Positions 8,449 to 17,180 of a stretch of DNA of 46,028 nucleotides are shown here, piece by piece (within the stretch, counting starts at the first letter, position 1; each line of letters starts with the position of its first letter). Origin of the DNA: a virus. Lineage: Duplodnaviria > Caudoviricetes. Made by a program: the position numbers and the translations under genes. The stretch lies in the IMG/VR virus record IMGVR_UViG_3300031963_000269, positions 1-46,028 of that record; one strand, 5' to 3'. The notes under the pieces were generated by a model, which searched no databases, was not told the origin of the DNA, and saw only the letters and a program-made list of their open reading frames with translations.

Positions 8449-9363
8449 TTAAGCGCCTTGTGCGCCCCACATTCCGAGGGGATCAGACCAACCGAAGCTA
8501 TAACGCTCACGGGACTTGTAACGGACGTTGCCGGTATCAAAGTCGCCGTCCATGCTGTTAGACAGCGGGGTGCGAACGAAATGCTTCATGCCGTTTGGAA
8601 CATCGGTGGTCAGGAACCAGCCGTTTGGATCGGTCAAGAAGTTGTTAACAGTGTAACCTTCAGAGACAGAGCCATTGTTCTTGATGGCGTTGATGTCGTT
8701 GTCGGTTGTGCCAACACGCAGTTCGGTTTCGAGCAAACGAGTTGCAACGAACTGAAGCTGTGGAGGAACAATCAACTTCTTGGGCTTGGCGGCGATCAAC
8801 AGATCACGCTCGTCAGTCCACTGTTGGATTTGGATGATGGCGGCTTCCAAGGAAGTCTCATTCAAATCTGCGGCGGTTGACTGGGTGTTGCTGTTGGTTC
8901 CACCAGAAACCAAGGGGTGGTTGGTTGCAAACAAAGGCACACCGTCACCGCCGTAATAAGCGGCTGAGTTGGTGAAACCGTTGTTCAACACGGCGGCGGC
9001 TTTGACCTGTTTGGTGTAAGCCATTGCACGAGCCAAAGCCTTGGTGTAACGAGCAGACAGGCTGTCGTACAAGTTGTCTTCGATGGCCTCTTCGGTCAGC
9101 GAAAAACCCAGAGCAATGGTTTCGTGGTTGTAACGTGCTGTAAACGCCTCTTGAGCATTGTCATAAGCGATGGCTTGGCCTTCGTTCTTGACAGGTGCGG
9201 CAGAGAAGCCGGACAGCTTGGTTTCTTCTTCAAAAGAACGCTCTGAAGTCTCAGTTTCATAAATTTCTTTATGTTGCTGACCATACGTTGCGTATTCCAA
9301 ACCGAACAAAGCGTTCAGTCCGGGGAGCAGTTCTTTGAGTAGTTGCGCACGGGAAATAGCCAT
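8449..9363 (-). CDS. Major capsid protein (Mu gpT-like, HK97 fold)
   Basis: MAISRAQLLKELLPGLNALFGLEY...EEAIEDNLY...KLIVPP...DFDTGNVRYKSRERYSFG; follows scaffold; strong terminator. Confidence 0.92.
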   Translation of the reverse strand: MAISRAQLLKELLPGLNALFGLEYATYGQQHKEIYETETSERSFEEETKLSGFSAAPVKNEGQAIAYDNAQEAFTARYNHETIALGFSLTEEAIEDNLYDSLSARYTKALARAMAYTKQVKAAAVLNNGFTNSAAYYGGDGVPLFATNHPLVSGGTNSNTQSTAADLNETSLEAAIIQIQQWTDERDLLIAAKPKKLIVPPQLQFVATRLLETELRVGTTDNDINAIKNNGSVSEGYTVNNFLTDPNGWFLTTDVPNGMKHFVRTPLSNSMDGDFDTGNVRYKSRERYSFGWSDPLGMWGAQGA

Positions 9364-9375
9364 TTAGATGCTCCT

Positions 9376-9990
9376 TTAAGCGGCGGTTACTACGTTCGTA
9401 GCAGACGTATAAGTGTGAACGCCAAAATTGAATTTGACGATCACCTCTGTAAACGAGCCAGAAGCGTTGACGGTTTCTGGAACCACATCAACAATGCGGA
9501 AAGGCAAAGTTGTGGTTGAACCAGTCGAGTTGTACACACCTTCTTTAGAGTCGCCAGAGGTAGTGCTACCAGCGGTCAAGAAGAAAGCCACGTTTTGACC
9601 AACAGCCGCACGGGTCAAGCCACTGACTGCTGTCGAGGTAGACAGCACAGCAACTTTGTACAGGGTGTTGGGATCGTCGGCAACAATACCAACGGCATCA
9701 GAGGCGACAGTGCCACCGGGCCAGTATTGAGCGAAAATCTTTTGGTTGGTTGATGGGTTTGTGTAAGAACAACCCAAGAAAACGCCGACTGCATCAGTAG
9801 CGGAGGTAGTGCCTGTGGCGGCTCGGCTCAGAGTACCACCAGTGTTCAGACGGACAACATCACCTGCAAAGATAGATGTGCCAGAGCCTGAAGCAATGGG
9901 AATATTACGAGTAGAACCAGCAAAGACCTGACCGCCGATCAGATTGATCGGTTGAAAGCCGTAAGGGCCTGAGACGGTAGGATACGCCAT
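9376..9990 (-). CDS. Putative minor capsid/decoration protein
   Basis: 204 aa; PYGFQPI...IFAGDVV...GVFLGCSYT...DDP; immediately upstream of the capsid gene. Confidence 0.7.
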   Translation of the reverse strand: MAYPTVSGPYGFQPINLIGGQVFAGSTRNIPIASGSGTSIFAGDVVRLNTGGTLSRAATGTTSATDAVGVFLGCSYTNPSTNQKIFAQYWPGGTVASDAVGIVADDPNTLYKVAVLSTSTAVSGLTRAAVGQNVAFFLTAGSTTSGDSKEGVYNSTGSTTTLPFRIVDVVPETVNASGSFTEVIVKFNFGVHTYTSATNVVTAA

Positions 9991-10008
9991 GAAAAAACTC
10001 CAAAAAGT

Positions 10009-10467
10009 TTAAAAGCCTTTGCCAAAGGTTGTCGAAGACTTGCCTTCTTTGAAAAGGGGCATCCTCGCATCGCTTTGACGCATAAAACTGTTGTCTACAG
10101 CATCCGTCTGAGCTTGGGTCTGTCGAGCGTAATACGCCCGTCTTTGAGCCGTGAACTCTTTTGGAGTCTTGCAAAGCAACAATCCGGTGATCTCGATGTT
10201 GTCTTTGTATCGACTACCGGGATCAACTAACAGTTGGAACTTGGGTTGTTCTTCAATTCCTACAGGTTCCCAGCCCTCACGCAACATTCTCGAAACATTA
10301 CGGGGGTCTGCGTAACCCAGAGTTGCAGTACGCACCCAGTGATAGTCGTAATCCGGGTGCTTATCAGGCTCCGGCAAGAGTTCCGCTGGCATCCACTGCT
10401 TTGGACGTTCATGGGTTGCTCTTGTATCGACATCACGGCTTAAACGGTTTATTTCAGTCTTTGTCAT
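10009..10467 (-). CDS. Conserved head-module protein
   Basis: 152 aa; YHWVR...REGWEPV...GLLLCK motif between scaffold and capsid genes. Confidence 0.75.
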   Translation of the reverse strand: MTKTEINRLSRDVDTRATHERPKQWMPAELLPEPDKHPDYDYHWVRTATLGYADPRNVSRMLREGWEPVGIEEQPKFQLLVDPGSRYKDNIEITGLLLCKTPKEFTAQRRAYYARQTQAQTDAVDNSFMRQSDARMPLFKEGKSSTTFGKGF

Positions 10468-10468
10468 T

Positions 10469-11416
10469 TCAAATCTCCAGTTTTAAAACTTCTTTGGCGT
10501 ATTGCTCGGGGGTGATTCCAAGTTTTCGGGCGAGATCAACTTGGGAAGGCTTCAGCTTCAATTTCTTTGAGGCCGTGCTTCTTGAGGCCGGAGCTACGAC
10601 AACGCTCGGTTTCGTACGAGCGGGAGGTTTAGAGTCGATTTCGACTTCCGTTCCTTCGTCTTCCTCGAATCTTTCGGGGAAGCGTTTGCGCATTGTTGCG
10701 TCAATGCGCCTGTAATACTCATCAGTTGTGGCATAGCCAGCACCGTTTTCAGCAACGAGTCTTTCGTGTGTACCCATTGCCAAAGCTCGCATTTCCGAGT
10801 CTGAATCAATCCAAGAGTTACGCTCTCGCCATTTCTCAAACTTCTGGTCACGAGTCGGCTGTTTAGGCCGTTGGGGCGTTTGTACCACAAATTCTTCTTC
10901 CTGAACAGGCCGGTTTTTAAAATTATGTTCAGCCGTTTCTGCTTGGGAAATGGACATCTTGGCTTCAGTCATTGCTTCCTGAGCTTCGATAATCTTGTCT
11001 GTGTCGCCTGATTCGTACGCATCCCGATACTCACGCTTGGCCTTTTCAAGGGCGGCATGGGCATTGGATTTGATGGAATTGATTGCAAAGCTTTCAGTGT
11101 TGTTTACACGCCCTTTGAGGGCTTTGTTTTCCTCAAAAAGCTTTTTGGCAACCTGTATGGCCTCTTCACGCTCACGGTCAGCGGCTTCTTTCGCCCTTCG
11201 TTCATCGTGGTAGACCTTTTTGAAGGCGGCAATCTTTTGCTTGGCGGCGGCTGAATACTCATCCAACTCGTCTTTGTCCAATTCCTCTACAAACTTGGGG
11301 TCTGAGGGGGTTTTGCCACGGTCTTCTTCAGGGGTGTCATCCTCGATTTCAATCTCCAAGTCAGCTGGGTCTTGCTCATCGGGGAACTTGTATTCTTCGC
11401 CTTTGTATGTACTCAT
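10469..11416 (-). CDS. Capsid scaffolding protein
   Basis: Acidic N-terminus, long coiled coil, C-terminal LKPSQVDLARKLGITPEQYAK capsid-binding-type motif. Confidence 0.75.
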   Translation of the reverse strand: MSTYKGEEYKFPDEQDPADLEIEIEDDTPEEDRGKTPSDPKFVEELDKDELDEYSAAAKQKIAAFKKVYHDERRAKEAADREREEAIQVAKKLFEENKALKGRVNNTESFAINSIKSNAHAALEKAKREYRDAYESGDTDKIIEAQEAMTEAKMSISQAETAEHNFKNRPVQEEEFVVQTPQRPKQPTRDQKFEKWRERNSWIDSDSEMRALAMGTHERLVAENGAGYATTDEYYRRIDATMRKRFPERFEEDEGTEVEIDSKPPARTKPSVVVAPASRSTASKKLKLKPSQVDLARKLGITPEQYAKEVLKLEI

Positions 11417-11425
11417 GTGCGCTCC

Positions 11426-11842
11426 TTATTTGCGTTTGATGCCACGGGGGTCTTCCACAGTGCCTTCAACGGAGTCATCGTTGATGATGCGAAATTCTTT
11501 GCCGTGGATAACAAGCCGGGTTCCGGCGTGGGGGCGAACAAGAATGAAGTCGCCTTCTTTGCACCAAGGGCCATTGGGAAAGCGCTTTTCGTCCTTGTAA
11601 CAATCGGGGCCAAGCTTGACCACAAACAGCACGGTGGTCAGCGTTTCCTCGTTTTGCACAGTGAGTTCGGCTTTGATGATGCCGCTCTCGTACTCCTTCT
11701 CCTGCTCTGGGATGGCGCAAAGAATGCGGTATCCAGTGGGGGTTGGGAGTTGTTTTGCCTTTTCTTCGTGGGTCAAAGGTGCAACCTCTTTCAATGCACT
11801 TTCTTCTGCCAGCCTCGTGCCGACACTTGAGAAGTCATTCAT
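11426..11842 (-). CDS. groES: GroES-like co-chaperonin
   Basis: LPTPTGYRIL...ESGII...VVKLGPD...KEGDFIL...AGT...FRIINDDSV matches the Cpn10 pattern. Confidence 0.85.
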   Translation of the reverse strand: MNDFSSVGTRLAEESALKEVAPLTHEEKAKQLPTPTGYRILCAIPEQEKEYESGIIKAELTVQNEETLTTVLFVVKLGPDCYKDEKRFPNGPWCKEGDFILVRPHAGTRLVIHGKEFRIINDDSVEGTVEDPRGIKRK

Positions 11843-12026
11843 TAAATCTCTCCGATTTTTGTTTTTGGTCTAATACGAATTCCCGTGCAATCAGCAGACC
11901 TCGAATCTGACCGCACGTTGCCTTGTATTCCGACAGGTCACTTACGTTGCCTGTGGCTACAAAATCTCGTAATTGATAAATTTTGTCGTCAATATTTTTA
12001 ACAATTACGTCAAAGTTATCCATCAT
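11835..12026 (-). CDS. Conserved hypothetical phage protein
   Basis: 63 aa; EYKATCGQIRGL; coupled to portal and groES. Confidence 0.7.
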   Translation of the reverse strand: MMDNFDVIVKNIDDKIYQLRDFVATGNVSDLSEYKATCGQIRGLLIAREFVLDQKQKSERFNE

Positions 12027-14527
12027 TCACCTGTCGTTGGTTTTGTTGGGGGTTTGTTTTTTGCATCATGCAGTTTGAACAGCGACTCTCTGTTTAAACG
12101 GTCTTTGGAAGAGGCCATCTCGTAGCCCAATCGGTGACCGCCAAGGTTGAGTTTTTCCTGTTCTGCTTCTGCTTTTTGAGCCAAAGTCGCCTTTTCGTGG
12201 GCAATCTTGACTCCCAGCTTGTGGCCTTCCAAGTTGGTTTGCGCTTCCAATTTGGCTTCTTCGACCTCCAGTTGAGCCTGTTTGAGGGCTGTATCTGCTT
12301 GGTCTTTTGCCATTTTTCGTTTGATTTCTTCGCCCTTGAGTTGCAATTCCTGCATCTGCATTTGGATGATGGGGTCTTGCTGTTGCTGGGCAATTTGCTG
12401 TTGAGCGGCTTCGGCTTGGTTCTTTTGAAGCAATTGCTGGCTGGCTTGCGCTACCAGACGGGCGATCTGGACTTCGTACTCCTGCGGCAGTTCGTCATCG
12501 TCCTCCGCCATATAAGGCAGGGGAGCGCCAATCTGCTGTTCAATCTGCTGACGGTACTGGAAGCCAAAATGCTCCGCAATGTGCGCCTGAAGACCTGCGG
12601 TAATTTGCTGTGCGTTGGGGCTTTGACCCACAATTGCCGCCGTCTTGGGGTCTTGCAGGAAGTTCATGTGGGAAGCGATGTGAGATTCGTGATCTTGGTA
12701 GATAAATGCCTTGAGCGGTTTGCTCATCATGGCATTCATGTTTTCGCTCAATGGATCACGAGGCTTCTGGTCATCCTCCAGAGGGATAAGCTTTTGGGCA
12801 TTCCTGATGCCCAGCACATCCAGCATTTGGCGGTGTAGCTGTGGCATATTGTAAATACCGGGTGCGCCTTGGGCCAACTGCAAGACCGCCTGATATTGCA
12901 CGATCTTTTGAGCCATTGTGGCGGCATTGGGGTCGCTGACAGGTATGACATCACAGCAGTCATAGTCGGATTTCTTGGCGCTACGGCTACCTTCTTCTGG
13001 CTCGTAGTCATACTCATCTGGGGTGTAGTCCCTGATGATGTCTCGCAACAACACCAATTCCTGCTTCATGGAGTAGTGGATACGGGCTTGAACAGCAGAC
13101 ATCACCTTCAGGGTGCGTTCTAGCAGTGCCAGCGTGGAGCCAACGGGAGCGTTTGCAGACATATCTGCCACGTTTAAATCGCCTGAGCCAGCGGCTCTGC
13201 GGCCTTCTTCCACGATGTTTGCCAGCAACGCCATCAGGACTTGGCTTGGCTCCTTGTATGGAAGCGGCAAGAGGTTGTCTTTGAGTGTTCCGGAGGCAAC
13301 ATCCGCATCTCGCCACTCCCCGGGCGAAATTGGGGTGTCATCGCCCTTGACTCTCATGCCTTTGGTTTTGAATCCGCCGGGCAAATTGCTCAGAGTTCCA
13401 GCGTCCACCAACTGACGGATCAGCGATGTGCCTGACTTAGCAAAAGCACCGATCAGATGAATCAGGCCGAAGTAGTAGAAGCCAAAGCCGGGGACGTAGC
13501 CATAGTGAACGAAGTGGCTTCGTTTCTGATGGGTGGTGTCCTCTGGTCGCCAGTTGCGGCGCACAGCCAGCACGGTTGTGGTGTCTTTGTCGATGGTAAC
13601 AATGTAGGGCAGAGCAATGCCGGTTGGCTCTCCGTTTTCATCGCAGTCTTCAAATCCGGGGATGTCAAGGTCAACTTGGACTTCATAGAACTTGTACCTG
13701 TCGTCTGTAGTCGCCTTGAAGCCCATCTTCTCGGCAATCTTTTTCTCCACCTCATCAAGGCTGGTGCTTGGCTCGCCCAAGTCCTCATCAACGTAAAAGC
13801 CTTGGTGAACCAAACGAGCAAACTCGTTTTTGGTTTTGCGCATCACATGAGTGATACGAGGAGAGTTTTGCAGGGAGGATGCGCCATACGGGACGATGAT
13901 GTCTTCGGCTGGCACAAAGATGGATGTCTGGCGGTCAAGTGCAGGGTCAAAGTAGACCTTTTTGAATGCATTGCCTGAGAGTCCCAATCCCCAAATCATG
14001 CGCTCATGCTCTGGTCGGAACTCTGTCATCACATCCGTCAACTCGTAATTCATGTCATCCTGAACACGGGTGGCGGCTTCTTTTTTCTCTGGAGTTTCTT
14101 TCCCAATGATCTGGGTCTTGACTGGCCCAGCGGCGGGGAATGTCGCCATGATGGTTTCTGCTTGGAACTTGACCAGCGCCTCTGAGAGCAGTGGATGGTA
14201 AACGCCACAAGCGCCTTCCCAAGGTTCTGACCGCTCTTCGATTTTCATGCCGAGGAGTTCAAGCCCATCGACATAGGTTTGCATCCAATCCTTGCGGGAG
14301 CTTAGGTCATCCTCAATGTCACCCAGCAAATCATTGGCAATGGTGGCGAGTTCTTGAGGATCAATGTGTTCTGCAAGATTGGCATCAAAGGGGATGTCAG
14401 GAGTCTTTGTCTCTTCAACTGAAGCATCTTCGTCCTCGCCAATGATCTCAATTTCAATGTCAATTGAGGGGGCTTCCTCTATGACTGCGAGTCCTATTGG
14501 CGCTTGGTACAAACTTTTTTCGATCAT
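12023..14527 (-). CDS. Portal protein
   Basis: 834 aa directly after TerL; GNAFKKVYFD, QLVDAGTLSNLPGGF, Gln-rich coiled-coil tail. Confidence 0.9.
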   Translation of the reverse strand: MIEKSLYQAPIGLAVIEEAPSIDIEIEIIGEDEDASVEETKTPDIPFDANLAEHIDPQELATIANDLLGDIEDDLSSRKDWMQTYVDGLELLGMKIEERSEPWEGACGVYHPLLSEALVKFQAETIMATFPAAGPVKTQIIGKETPEKKEAATRVQDDMNYELTDVMTEFRPEHERMIWGLGLSGNAFKKVYFDPALDRQTSIFVPAEDIIVPYGASSLQNSPRITHVMRKTKNEFARLVHQGFYVDEDLGEPSTSLDEVEKKIAEKMGFKATTDDRYKFYEVQVDLDIPGFEDCDENGEPTGIALPYIVTIDKDTTTVLAVRRNWRPEDTTHQKRSHFVHYGYVPGFGFYYFGLIHLIGAFAKSGTSLIRQLVDAGTLSNLPGGFKTKGMRVKGDDTPISPGEWRDADVASGTLKDNLLPLPYKEPSQVLMALLANIVEEGRRAAGSGDLNVADMSANAPVGSTLALLERTLKVMSAVQARIHYSMKQELVLLRDIIRDYTPDEYDYEPEEGSRSAKKSDYDCCDVIPVSDPNAATMAQKIVQYQAVLQLAQGAPGIYNMPQLHRQMLDVLGIRNAQKLIPLEDDQKPRDPLSENMNAMMSKPLKAFIYQDHESHIASHMNFLQDPKTAAIVGQSPNAQQITAGLQAHIAEHFGFQYRQQIEQQIGAPLPYMAEDDDELPQEYEVQIARLVAQASQQLLQKNQAEAAQQQIAQQQQDPIIQMQMQELQLKGEEIKRKMAKDQADTALKQAQLEVEEAKLEAQTNLEGHKLGVKIAHEKATLAQKAEAEQEKLNLGGHRLGYEMASSKDRLNRESLFKLHDAKNKPPTKPTTGE

Positions 14528-14535
14528 GGGGTTCC

Positions 14536-16041
14536 TCAGTAGTAGGCCGCTTTCTTTCGGCGGGGGACAAAGTCTTCTTCATCATCCGTGTTTAAACGGA
14601 GAAAACCGCCCTGCCGGAACCTTAACAGCGCCTGACTGGTTGAGTCAACTAAGTCGTCATGCTCACCATTTGGGAATGAGGCACACTCCTCCATGACCTC
14701 TTCAGCCCAGCGTCTATCTGGACACCAGACAAAGCCGGACGCAAATATGTCAGATATTGCGTTTACACGGGCTATCTTATCATTGCCTTTGCTCGGTGTG
14801 TACTCTTGCAGAGGGATTCCTGTGCGTCTCATCTCGTAGATCAGCGGCGCTCCTGCCGCCTTCTTTTCGATCAGTAGGGTGTCAGGTTCCCACTCGTTGT
14901 ACATCTCAAACGCCTTGGCTTTGAGTTCAGGAAACTCCAGTCGGTCTTTGAATGCGTCAAGCAAGATGATGTTTGGCTGGGCATTGCCCTTTTCATCGGG
15001 GTGTCTGAACACTCCCCATGTGGTGCAAGCTGAATAGTCAGCCCTGTTGTGCTTCTCAAACGCCGTATCCCAGCTTTGAATGGTGTATTCGCACTCAGGC
15101 GGCTCGTCTTTGTCCCAAATCTTCCACATTTCCCGCTTGATGAGCGCACCGCCCTCAGATGTTGGGTTTTGTTGGTACTGGGCTTCCCATTTTGGGACTG
15201 GAATCTCAGATTTGATGGCCTCAAGCTCTTCCTGTGACCAGAATTCAGGCCAAAGTGGCGCTCCAGAGGGCATTAATGCAGGAAATTCGATGACTTCCCA
15301 CTCATCTCCGTCCCTTTTGACCGAGTTTGACACCACCTGACCCGTCAAATCCCGTTTTGACCACCGTGTCATCACGATGATGATGGCTCCCCCGGGCTGT
15401 AAACGCTGGCGAGGGCCTGAGCTATACCATTCATACACCCTGTCATAGACCTTTGGGTCGCCTTGCATGGCTTCCTGCTCGGAATGCGGGTCATCAATGA
15501 TGAGAACGTCAGCGCCTTTTCCGGTTACAGCACCGCCCACACCAATGGCGAAGTAGTCACCGCCCTTGTTTGTATTCCAGCGTCCAGCGGCCTTGCTGTC
15601 TGTGGATAACTTTGTTGGGAAGATGCGTTGGTAGTGGCTTGTGTTTACAAGGTTTCTGACCTTTCGACCAAAGCCCACTGACAATTCTGCGGTGTGGGCT
15701 GTCTGGATGATCTTCTTGTGCGGGTATTTACCTAGAAACCAAGATGGAAACAGAAAAGAGGCAAACTCTGACTTGGTATGACGGGGCGGCATATTGATGA
15801 TGAGCCGCTTGAGCTTGCCGTTGGCAACCCGCTCAAAGGCATCTGCCATGATCTTATGGTGTCGCCCTGCGATGAATGAGGGCCACATATCTTCTACGAA
15901 CGGTATGAAGTGTTCCTTGCACTGCTCACGGCGATCAGCCTCCATAAGGAGTTTGATCTTGGGAATCATTTCATGCTCAGGCGGGAGTGTCTCCAGCATC
16001 TGGAGGTACTGCTCCATTTCCTGAGTGGTCAGAAGACTCAT
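14536..16041 (-). CDS. terL: Terminase large subunit
   Basis: Walker A-like MPPRHTKS, Walker B LIIDDP, MTRW, nuclease QSWDTA...DYSA...HDDLVDS. Confidence 0.95.
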   Translation of the reverse strand: MSLLTTQEMEQYLQMLETLPPEHEMIPKIKLLMEADRREQCKEHFIPFVEDMWPSFIAGRHHKIMADAFERVANGKLKRLIINMPPRHTKSEFASFLFPSWFLGKYPHKKIIQTAHTAELSVGFGRKVRNLVNTSHYQRIFPTKLSTDSKAAGRWNTNKGGDYFAIGVGGAVTGKGADVLIIDDPHSEQEAMQGDPKVYDRVYEWYSSGPRQRLQPGGAIIIVMTRWSKRDLTGQVVSNSVKRDGDEWEVIEFPALMPSGAPLWPEFWSQEELEAIKSEIPVPKWEAQYQQNPTSEGGALIKREMWKIWDKDEPPECEYTIQSWDTAFEKHNRADYSACTTWGVFRHPDEKGNAQPNIILLDAFKDRLEFPELKAKAFEMYNEWEPDTLLIEKKAAGAPLIYEMRRTGIPLQEYTPSKGNDKIARVNAISDIFASGFVWCPDRRWAEEVMEECASFPNGEHDDLVDSTSQALLRFRQGGFLRLNTDDEEDFVPRRKKAAYY

Positions 16042-16268
16042 AGCTTGGTCATCTCATTGACCACTTTGTTGGTCAGCTTTATGGTTCGCATCTTCTTGGG
16101 TTGCATCTCAATGGCCCCCATCTTCTCCAGCTTGCGGATGTAGCGGAATATGTTGGACTTGCTCTTCATGCCAAGACCAATGGCAATCTCTCTGTAGGAG
16201 GGTGTGATCTTGCGTATTTGCTGACAGGCCACGATGAAGTCGTAGACCAATTTGGTTTTCTTTTCCAT
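16038..16268 (-). CDS. LexA-type winged-helix DNA-binding protein (no peptidase domain)
   Basis: VYDFI...TPSYREIAIGLGMKSKSNIFRYIRKLEKMGAI...KMRTI matches the LexA N-terminal domain; start placed at ATG 16268. Confidence 0.8.
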   Translation of the reverse strand: MEKKTKLVYDFIVACQQIRKITPSYREIAIGLGMKSKSNIFRYIRKLEKMGAIEMQPKKMRTIKLTNKVVNEMTKL

Positions 16269-16300
16269 GCGAACCCTTATGCGAACATTTGTACGAACGC

Positions 16301-16329
16301 AATATAGCACGTTTAAACAGGATTAAGAA
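16301..16329 (-). promoter_or_regulatory. Putative extended -10 promoter of the LexA-like/terL operon
   Basis: TTCTTA-17bp-TATATT with TGn extension; GTTTAAAC in the spacer. Confidence 0.5.
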
Positions 16330-16408
16330 CGATCAAGAAACCCGAAGGGTTGCAGTCCTATACACATCCACGCCGTCATGTATAGATTTTGCTGAAATGT
16401 TTACATGA

Positions 16409-16483
16409 TGGTTGCAGGGACTGGAGTCGAACCAGCGATCTTCTGGGTATGAACCAGACGGGATACCACTTCCCCACCCTGCT
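16409..16483 (-). tRNA. tRNA-Met(CAT), initiator-like, CCA encoded
   Basis: 75-nt cloverleaf AGCAGGG-TG-GGGA...TCCC-G-TCTGG-TTCATAC-CCAGA-AGATC-GCTGG-TTCGACT-CCAGT-CCCTGCA-A-CCA; 1:72 mismatch, purine11:pyrimidine24, A73. Confidence 0.92.
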
Positions 16484-16489
16484 ATAGAT

Positions 16490-16637
16490 TGTTGGTGGCA
16501 GGTGCTGATCCCCTGCTTTGCGCCTTAACGAATAGGTCTGTTATTGCGCTTAGACGACCTGACTTTGCGTATCAGCCTACGCATTCACCAACACGGCTGG
16601 AGACTATTACTAATAGTACCTAGTGACAATCCCCATG
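16490..16637 (-). ncRNA. Structured RNA with kissing loops upstream of the tRNA
   Basis: Closing stem UGUUGGUG/CACCAACA, hairpins GCGUA-GGCUGA-UACGC and GCAGG-GGAUCAGCA-CCUGC with complementary loops GCUGA/UCAGC; preceded by a long hairpin at 16599-16634. Confidence 0.65.
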
Positions 16638-16883
16638 CGAATTGGAGCTAGAGCAGGGAGTTCCAGACCGAAGGAGCAACCAACAACCCAAAGTATCACA
16701 ACAACAGGGAGTGGTCTGGTTACTATGCTCTAGCGAACGAAATATACATCAATTGGCTTGCCTGTGTACACCGATCTTGCAGAATTATGTGGAACGATGC
16801 AAACCACACCTCCAGAAGTCTCCACAAGATTATTTGCTTGTTGTTTAAACAATGCGAACGATACTGCCATTTTCAAAATATAT

Positions 16884-17150
16884 AGGGGTGGGGGTTTGTA
16901 ATAGGAAAGTTAAGGGGGTGTGTTTTGTGGGATTGGATGTGTGGATTTGAGTGTAGAGTCAGCCCAGTCAACGCCGTCACAAAAGGGAGGGTCGGGGTAG
17001 GTGGGGTCACGCCTAGCGCACACGCCTCCAGCCGCCTAGCGCACGAGTGGAGAGCCAGCGTTTACACGCTCTGCACACCTCACGCTACGCCACACACACG
17101 CCTCATGCATACGCACATACGCCACGCATACACGCCTTGCACATAGCCGC
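16884..17150. repeat. G-rich then CA-rich low-complexity non-coding tract (candidate packaging/terminus region)
   Basis: Several G3-G5 runs at 16884-17007, CGCCTAGCGCAC direct repeat at 17010 and 17033, then CACACGCC-like repeats; lies between terS and terL. Confidence 0.5.
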
Positions 17151-17180
17151 TATGCACCCTCTCTGACCCGTTCTCTCCCC

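Noticed and set aside
16038-16268. SOS-inducible prophage repressor implying lysogeny
   Set aside because: Only the DNA-binding domain is present (no S24 peptidase or Ala-Gly site) and no integrase or att site is in the window
16642-17146. ORFs 16642..16848 and 16925..17146
   Set aside because: TTG starts without RBS, low-complexity translation, orientation opposite to the surrounding operon
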